DNA of 52,469 bases from a virus (lineage: Duplodnaviria > Caudoviricetes): positions 1 to 52,469 of the IMG/VR virus record IMGVR_UViG_3300030331_002818, one strand, 5' to 3'. Shown here piece after piece: positions 47,247 through 52,469 of the stretch; position 1 is the first letter of the stretch, and the number at the start of each line of letters is the position of its first letter. Both the position numbers and the translations under genes were made by a program. The notes under the pieces are model-generated. The model was not told the origin of the DNA, searched no databases, and saw nothing but the letters and a program-made list of their open reading frames with translations.

Positions 47247-47702
47247 ATGACCGATAGAAGCCCACGCACTGCCCAAACTAGGGATAAAACTAGCCGCAAT
47301 AAACCGTGGCGACCACCGTCTCAATTAGACGCTCCAGATCCTCCAGAGGGATTTGTTCATCGATGGATCCGTGAATCAGTCATGGGTGTTGATGATAAGA
47401 AAAACCTGTCTGCTCGCCTACGCGAAGGCTTTGATCTTGTTCGCGCTGAAGAGTACCCAGATTTTGAAGCACCTACAGTTCAGGATGGTAAACATGCTGG
47501 CGTGATAGGTGTTGGCGGTTTGGTGCTCGCAAGGTTCCCCGTAGAAACTAGAGAACAGCGGAATGCTCATTATCGTAATGCTACGAGAGATCAGATGACT
47601 GCTGTTGATAATGATCTTATGCGGGAGCAACATCCTTCAATGCCGATCAGTAAACCTGAGCGGCAATCACGTGTAACTTTCGGTAGTAATAATACCGAGT
47701 AA
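47247..47702 (+). CDS. Conserved head-module protein, hypothetical
   Basis: Start MTDRSPR after GAGG; WRPPSQLDAP...G..HRWIR. Confidence 0.6.
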   Translation: MTDRSPRTAQTRDKTSRNKPWRPPSQLDAPDPPEGFVHRWIRESVMGVDDKKNLSARLREGFDLVRAEEYPDFEAPTVQDGKHAGVIGVGGLVLARFPVETREQRNAHYRNATRDQMTAVDNDLMREQHPSMPISKPERQSRVTFGSNNTE

Positions 47703-47721
47703 TTGTTAGGAGACTAAATCG

Positions 47722-48333
47722 ATGGCAAATACTGATTCGCCTTTTGGTTTGCGTCCTCATAACAAACTAGGGCAGAACTCAAATTCCATGGGTTTGACGC
47801 CTTACAAAGTACAGATTGCGGGAGTAGCAGGTTCATCATCAGCGATCCATCAAGGTGATTTGGTGATTCCTCTTACTAACGGTCTCGTTGATGTAAGTGC
47901 GGCAGACGGTGGTTCAGTGGCAATCCTAGGTGTTATGGCAGGGTGTGAGTATACAGCACTTGATGGTACGCCAACTTTTGATAATAAATATCCTGGAACG
48001 GCTTCTTTGAAGTCAGGCACAGAAGCAACTGTGTTCGTATACGATGATCCTCATCAAGTGTACGAGTGCCAAGCTGATGCAAGTTTAACTAACCTTGCAA
48101 CTGCAACTGCTTTGATTCACTCAAATGCAGAAGGCACTGGCTTTGGTTCTGAAAATGCAAACGGCATTTCCGCAGGAGAAATTTCTGTAGCAACTGCTGG
48201 TGCAACTACAGCTACGGATAACTTCCGTATTGTAGGAATCAAAGACGTCGAGGGAATTGATTATGCTTCAGCGGGAGTTGTACTTCTAGTGAAGTTAAAT
48301 CTACCATTCCATACTGCAACCACTGGTCTATAA
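47722..48333 (+). CDS. Putative head decoration / minor capsid protein
   Basis: MANTDSPFGLRP, I..GDLV and VYDDP...YE.Q; directly before the major capsid protein. Confidence 0.6.
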   Translation: MANTDSPFGLRPHNKLGQNSNSMGLTPYKVQIAGVAGSSSAIHQGDLVIPLTNGLVDVSAADGGSVAILGVMAGCEYTALDGTPTFDNKYPGTASLKSGTEATVFVYDDPHQVYECQADASLTNLATATALIHSNAEGTGFGSENANGISAGEISVATAGATTATDNFRIVGIKDVEGIDYASAGVVLLVKLNLPFHTATTGL

Positions 48334-48346
48334 GGAGTAATTAGAT

Positions 48347-49255
48347 ATGGCTATTGCAAGATCCCAACTCCTTAAAGAACTAGAGCCTGGACTGAACGCT
48401 CTGTTTGGTATGGAGTACGACCGTTATGACAACCAGCATACTGAAATCTTTGAAACCGAGACATCAGATCGCGCTTTTGAAGAAGAGGTAATGTTGTCGG
48501 GATTCGGATCCGCACCTGTAAAAGGTGAGGGTGCAGCAGTTTCATTTGATACTGCAAACGAATCATTCACTGCTCGTTACACACACGAAACAATCGCACT
48601 TGCATTTGCGATTACTGAAGAGGCTGTAGAGGATAACCTTTATGACCGATTGAGTTCTCGTTATACTCGTGCATTGGCTCGTTCAATGTCTAACACAAAG
48701 CAAGTGAAGGCTGCGTCAGTTCTTAACAATGCGTTTGATAGTGGCTTCGCTATCGGCGACGGTAAAGAACTATGTGCTACTGACCACCCGACTAATGGTG
48801 GTGGCACTTTCCGCAACGAACTCAGCACTGCTGCTGACCTTAACGAAACATCTTTGGAGCAGTCACTTATTGATATTGCTGCCTTTATTGATGAGCGTGG
48901 TCTGAAAATTGCCGTGCAGGGTCGTAAGTTGATTATCCCATCTGCTCTACAGTTTGTAGCTGAAAGGTTGATGGCTTCAACATTGCGTACAGCTACAGCC
49001 GACAACGATATCAATGCTCTCCGTAATATGGGGATGCTTCCTGAGGGGTATGTTGTTAATAACTTCCTCACAGATACAGATGCGTTCTTCATTAAAACGG
49101 ATGCGCCTAATGGCTTCAAGCATTTTGAGCGAGCAGCTATCAGGACTTCTATGGAAGGCGATTTTGATACTGGTAACGTCCGCTATAAAGCTCGTGAGCG
49201 TTATAGCTTCGGTGTATCTGACCCACGTTGTGTGTTTGGTTCTCCTGGAGCCTAA
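48347..49255 (+). CDS. Major capsid protein
   Basis: MAIARSQLLKELEPGLNALFG, ETIALAFAITEEA.EDNLY, LIIP..L and YKARERYSFG.SDPR..FGSPGA; AAGGAG RBS; followed by a terminator. Confidence 0.85.
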   Translation: MAIARSQLLKELEPGLNALFGMEYDRYDNQHTEIFETETSDRAFEEEVMLSGFGSAPVKGEGAAVSFDTANESFTARYTHETIALAFAITEEAVEDNLYDRLSSRYTRALARSMSNTKQVKAASVLNNAFDSGFAIGDGKELCATDHPTNGGGTFRNELSTAADLNETSLEQSLIDIAAFIDERGLKIAVQGRKLIIPSALQFVAERLMASTLRTATADNDINALRNMGMLPEGYVVNNFLTDTDAFFIKTDAPNGFKHFERAAIRTSMEGDFDTGNVRYKARERYSFGVSDPRCVFGSPGA

Positions 49256-49266
49256 ATATATTAATC

Positions 49267-49297
49267 AAAAGGGCGGCTTGTTAGCCGCCCTTTTTTT
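49267..49297 (+). terminator. Rho-independent (possibly bidirectional) terminator
   Basis: AAAAGGGCGGCT-TGTT-AGCCGCCCTTTTTTT. Confidence 0.9.
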
Positions 49298-49361
49298 GTT
49301 TATAGTTTCTCTACCCTGACAGCCCAATGGGGGCTGACTTTAGCCAAGACAGGAGATAGAT

Positions 49362-49982
49362 ATGGCTACAACTACCTTTTCAGGTCCAGTCCGCTCTAAA
49401 AGCGGTTTTAAAGTAATTAATGAAAGCTCAACCACTGGTGCAATTACGGAAACTGGTTTTTCTGTAAATGCAACAGGTCAACTTATTTCTATGGGAACTC
49501 GAAAGATACAGTCTTTTGCTGGCACTCTTGCTGCCACTAACGCTGCTTCAACAGCGTATGCAGATGGTGATTGTCTTGTAGAACTCGGCACTCTAAATGT
49601 AGATGCTCCAGATGATTTGGTTACACCAAGTAAGATATTTATACACCGTGCATTGATTGGCATTACCACTGCTGCTGGTCAGACATTGGCTGGCAATCTT
49701 GCTTTAAGTTCAACAAGTGGCACAGCTACAAATGCTGCTGTTTCAGGCACAGAAATTGTTGGTGCTGGTGTTACCTCTTTTAATGAGCAATTGAGCGCAA
49801 CTCAATCGATTACAGAGATTGATATAAACTTCAATGACACTGCTGGGAATTATCATATTTTCGTGCCTAACATTACGGCTGCTGTTGCAAATGTCCATCT
49901 GTATGCGAGAGCTACAACTACTGTAAATGCTGACGTTACTGCTGGCAGATTTACTGTGGAGCTTGAGTACTCAGTATACTAA
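49362..49982 (+). CDS. Putative virion structural protein
   Basis: MATTTFSGPVRS..GF start; Thr/Ala-rich beta composition; AGGAG RBS. Confidence 0.6.
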   Translation: MATTTFSGPVRSKSGFKVINESSTTGAITETGFSVNATGQLISMGTRKIQSFAGTLAATNAASTAYADGDCLVELGTLNVDAPDDLVTPSKIFIHRALIGITTAAGQTLAGNLALSSTSGTATNAAVSGTEIVGAGVTSFNEQLSATQSITEIDINFNDTAGNYHIFVPNITAAVANVHLYARATTTVNADVTAGRFTVELEYSVY

Positions 49983-49994
49983 TAGGAGGATGTT

Positions 49995-50399
49995 ATGGCT
50001 GATGCAGTCACTTCACAAACTTTAATAGATGGCGTTAAAACTGCCGTTTTAAAGTTTACTAACATCTCTGATGGTTCTGGCGAAAGTGCAGTAGCAAAGG
50101 TAGACGTAAGCTCTCTATCTGCTAATGATGTGGGCAAAGCCTGTACAGGTGCTTCCATAGAAAAAATATGGTGGCAATGTAATGGCATGAAAGTCCAGTT
50201 ATTTTTTGATGCAACCTCTAATGTGCTAGCAATTGAGTTAGGGGAAAACCAAAGTGGGTATCATGATTATACCAGTTTTGGAGGCATTATAAATAATGCT
50301 GGGTCTGGCAAAACAGGTGATATTTTGTTCACAACTGTAGGTCACAGCTCTGCTGATAGTTATACGATTATCCTTCAGGTTCGTAAGGAATATAACTAA
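49995..50399 (+). CDS. Putative virion structural protein
   Basis: MADAVTSQT..DG, KFTNISDG.GES.V.KVDVS.L and GKTGDI.FTT; AGGAGG RBS. Confidence 0.6.
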   Translation: MADAVTSQTLIDGVKTAVLKFTNISDGSGESAVAKVDVSSLSANDVGKACTGASIEKIWWQCNGMKVQLFFDATSNVLAIELGENQSGYHDYTSFGGIINNAGSGKTGDILFTTVGHSSADSYTIILQVRKEYN

Positions 50400-50683
50400 T
50401 GGCTACCACTAAAGATGTAAAAAGAACCCCCTCTGGAAGGCTCACTTACAGGGGGGAGTCTTTTTCTGGTTACAACAAACCGAAAAGAACACCAAACGGT
50501 CCGAAAAAATCTGCTGTACTCGCTAAAAAAGGTAGTCAGGTAAAACTGGTTCGGTTTGGCGACCCTAATATGACGATAAAAAAAGACCAACCTGGAAGAC
50601 GCAAATCGTTTAGAGCGCGTCATAATTGTGCTACAGCTAAAGATAAATTCAGTGCTCGATATTGGTCTTGTAAGGCTTGGTAA
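50399..50683 (+). CDS. Basic small protein (DUF6321-like)
   Basis: YNKPKRTP...KK..VLAK....KLVRFGD..M.IKK..P.RRKSFRARHNC...K.SARYWSC..W. Confidence 0.7.
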   Translation: MATTKDVKRTPSGRLTYRGESFSGYNKPKRTPNGPKKSAVLAKKGSQVKLVRFGDPNMTIKKDQPGRRKSFRARHNCATAKDKFSARYWSCKAW

Positions 50684-50961
50684 TGGCAATGACTAGAGGC
50701 AATATGGCACAGCAAATTAAAAAAGCTCCTGCTAGCCGTAAGAAAAAGAAGAAAAAGCCTAAAGTACCAGCAAAATATTTAGCTGGTCTCAGTGCTGCTG
50801 ATAAAGCTAAAAAGAAAAAAGAGATAGAACGCAATAGGAAAAAGTCACCAAAAGATCCCTCAGCGTATGTTTTCCCAAGTGATTTTGATAAGCACGGCAA
50901 AAGAAGAAAAACTAAAAAATCCGTACATACTAAAAAATTTAAGAAAATGTTTGGAGCGTAA
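50683..50961 (+). CDS. Lys-rich protein resembling the N-terminal half of DUF5824-like viral proteins
   Basis: KVPAKYLAGLS...KTKKSVHTKKFKKMFG; TAATG coupling. Confidence 0.6.
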   Translation: MAMTRGNMAQQIKKAPASRKKKKKKPKVPAKYLAGLSAADKAKKKKEIERNRKKSPKDPSAYVFPSDFDKHGKRRKTKKSVHTKKFKKMFGA

Positions 50962-50962
50962 C

Positions 50963-51103
50963 ATGCACGTTAAAAGAGTAAAAAAAGTGATTAAAGGGTT
51001 AAAAAAAGCCTCTAAATTACATGCAAAACAAGCCAGATCTTTAGGCACTTTAGTAAGAAATAAAAAGTTTCAAAGTTATGGTAAAAAGAAAAAAAGATCC
51101 TAA
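50963..51103 (+). CDS. 46-aa Lys-rich protein
   Basis: GGAG RBS; KKVIKGLKKASKLHAKQA; in frame with track ORF 50867. Confidence 0.6.
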   Translation: MHVKRVKKVIKGLKKASKLHAKQARSLGTLVRNKKFQSYGKKKKRS

Positions 51104-51368
51104 AAAAGGGACAGGAAAAAAACCGAAAGGTTCTGGTAGGAGGTTATATACAGATGAGAACCCAAAAGATACTGTCGGAATTAAATTTGCGACTCCAGCA
51201 GATGCACGAGCAACTGTTGCAAAAGTTAAGAAAATTAAAAAACCTTTTGCTAGGAAGATCCAAATTCTCACCGTCGGAGAACAAAGAGCCAAAGTTATGG
51301 GTAAAACCAAAGTCGTCAAAATCTTCAAAGACGGTAAAGAAAGCCTCCGTAAAGAAAGGAAAACGTGA
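51078..51368 (+). CDS. Lys-rich conserved phage protein
   Basis: GTGKKPKGSGRRLYTDENPKDTV.IKF and ARKIQILTVGEQRAKV. Confidence 0.7.
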   Translation: MVKRKKDPKKGTGKKPKGSGRRLYTDENPKDTVGIKFATPADARATVAKVKKIKKPFARKIQILTVGEQRAKVMGKTKVVKIFKDGKESLRKERKT

Positions 51369-51643
51369 TGACATTAAGCGCAGCAACGAAAAAATCATTG
51401 GCAAAAAAAGCAGAGGCCGCCCGAAAAAAAGGTAAAAAAGTAACCGCTGGTCAGTTAGGCAGAGTATATAAAAAAGGTTTAGCTGCGTATAGAACAGGAC
51501 ATCGTCCTGGAACATCGCCAAATCAATGGGCAATGGCAAGAGTCAATAGTGTTTTGACTGGAGGCAAAGCTGCCAAAGTAGATGCTCATATATTTGGTAA
51601 AGGGAAAAAACCAAAAAAGAAGGAACCTAAAAAGAAATCATGA
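51365..51643 (+). CDS. Lys-rich protein resembling the C-terminal half of DUF5824-like viral proteins
   Basis: L.RVYKKGLAAYRTGHRPGTSPNQWAMARVNS. Confidence 0.65.
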   Translation: MMTLSAATKKSLAKKAEAARKKGKKVTAGQLGRVYKKGLAAYRTGHRPGTSPNQWAMARVNSVLTGGKAAKVDAHIFGKGKKPKKKEPKKKS

Positions 51644-52344
51644 GTTTTTTACAAAGTAATATACCGTATTTTAAATGTTGGGTTAGAAAAGAGTATACAA
51701 TCAATCATGAAAATTATCACGGGGAGTTTCTACATGCTATGGCTGTGGCTGTTACCACGATGCCAAATAGGTGTTTAAGTTTTCAGGTTATTTTTACAGG
51801 TTATGAAGCTGATATGGAAGATCAACCGAATGTACATGGTGGGGCTATGTGGGCAAGAATGCCTATAACTGCTTTAGTGGGTGATACGCCTTTTGATGAG
51901 TGGCCTGACCCTATGCCTGTACATGCGGCACAACCTTGGGATTGTATGTCTCATACACATGCTGTGTATAAAATAAATAGAGCTACACCCTGCCCTTGGA
52001 TTGCTAAAATAGATGGTGAGTTTTATCCTGCTAAATATTACTTTACTGTTGATTATACAGATAGTGAAATAGCGGATGATCCTGCTCAACACAAACAAAG
52101 CCATGTGTTGGAGTTATTAGATGCTGGTCAGTGGACTGGTAATATTGTGGCTTTGCCTAACAATCGTGTCCGTGTCACGCATCCTGCATGGTTTGAAACT
52201 GGCGAAGGTCCACCAGATTTTAAACCATCTCAACACATACACTATTCAAAGTCTGATTTAGATTATACAATGGATGTAAATCAGATATTCGATAATCTTT
52301 ATGCTGAAGAGGAAAACGAAGATGGCGATGAAGAAAAAGGGTAA
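51640..52344 (+). CDS. Conserved phage hypothetical protein
   Basis: NIPYFKCWVRKEY, HGGAMWARMPI.A, QPWDC, YYFTVDY, QHKQSH and ALPNNRVR. Confidence 0.75.
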   Translation: MSFLQSNIPYFKCWVRKEYTINHENYHGEFLHAMAVAVTTMPNRCLSFQVIFTGYEADMEDQPNVHGGAMWARMPITALVGDTPFDEWPDPMPVHAAQPWDCMSHTHAVYKINRATPCPWIAKIDGEFYPAKYYFTVDYTDSEIADDPAQHKQSHVLELLDAGQWTGNIVALPNNRVRVTHPAWFETGEGPPDFKPSQHIHYSKSDLDYTMDVNQIFDNLYAEEENEDGDEEKG

Positions 52345-52469
52345 TGCCAACGGTGGCAAGAAGCGCATGATGAAGGCTAAAGGCGGTGCAATGGGCGGCA
52401 AGAAGCGTATGATGAAGGCTAAAGGCGGTGCAATGGGCGGCAAGAAGCGTATGATGAAGGCTAAAGGCG
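52322..52469 (+). CDS. 3'-truncated Lys/Gly/Met-rich repeat protein
   Basis: MAMKKKGNANGGKKRMMKAKGGAMGGKKRMMKAKGGAMGG..., open to the window end; GAGG upstream. Confidence 0.7.
   Translation, partial: MAMKKKGNANGGKKRMMKAKGGAMGGKKRMMKAKGGAMGGKKRMMKAKG
52355..52469 (+). repeat. 42-bp tandem repeat (at least 2.7 units)
   Basis: GGCAAGAAGCG(C/T)ATGATGAAGGCTAAAGGCGGTGCAATGGGC at 52355, 52397 and 52439. Confidence 0.95.

Noticed and set aside
1252-52443. Many minus-strand and alternate-frame ORFs in the track (e.g. 8146-8655, 37467-37832, 48661-49119, 51144-51539)
   Set aside because: They lie within well-supported genes, lack RBSs and motifs, and are best explained as shadow ORFs.
52355-52469. 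Repeat array as a possible CRISPR
   Set aside because: Units are contiguous with no unique spacers, are a multiple of 3 and encode an in-frame peptide.
1-52469. Integrase, transposase, intron or intein
   Set aside because: No recombinase, transposase or splicing motifs were seen, and PolA, TerL and the helicases have uninterrupted normal lengths.

Overview
This window is most of the genome of an AT-rich, circularly permuted, tailed dsDNA phage with podovirus-like structural genes. The Shine-Dalgarno and promoter style suggests an alphaproteobacterial host (inference). Gene order: tail fibre, tail and ejection proteins (1-14.3 kb); a lone minus-strand SNF2 helicase; a replication module (SSB-like, AEP primase, UvrD-like helicase, PolA). 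Embedded in that module is a thymidine-modification cluster: an HhH-type aGPT-Pplase1/HMUDK-helical protein, a GT-B glycosyltransferase, a dUMP-type thymidylate-synthase homologue, a MazG/Nmad1-like protein and an HD hydrolase. Next come a block of small early-type genes behind a repeated promoter/RBS module, terS, a resolvase, a duplicated gene pair, terL, portal, lysis genes, GroES, scaffold, capsid and very basic small proteins. The most unusual signal is at 36.4-38.0 kb. A stretch of about 667 bp (37298-37964) has zero TC and only four GA dinucleotides and carries a recoded paralogue of its neighbouring gene. It directly abuts TC/GA-dense 13-bp iterons, and the early promoters share a GA-N8-GA-N4-TC pattern. 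Together with the putative glycosyl-5hmU pathway, this suggests a system in which the TC/GA dinucleotide is written, read and locally avoided (hypothesis). All family assignments come from motif recognition by eye; no database searches were run.
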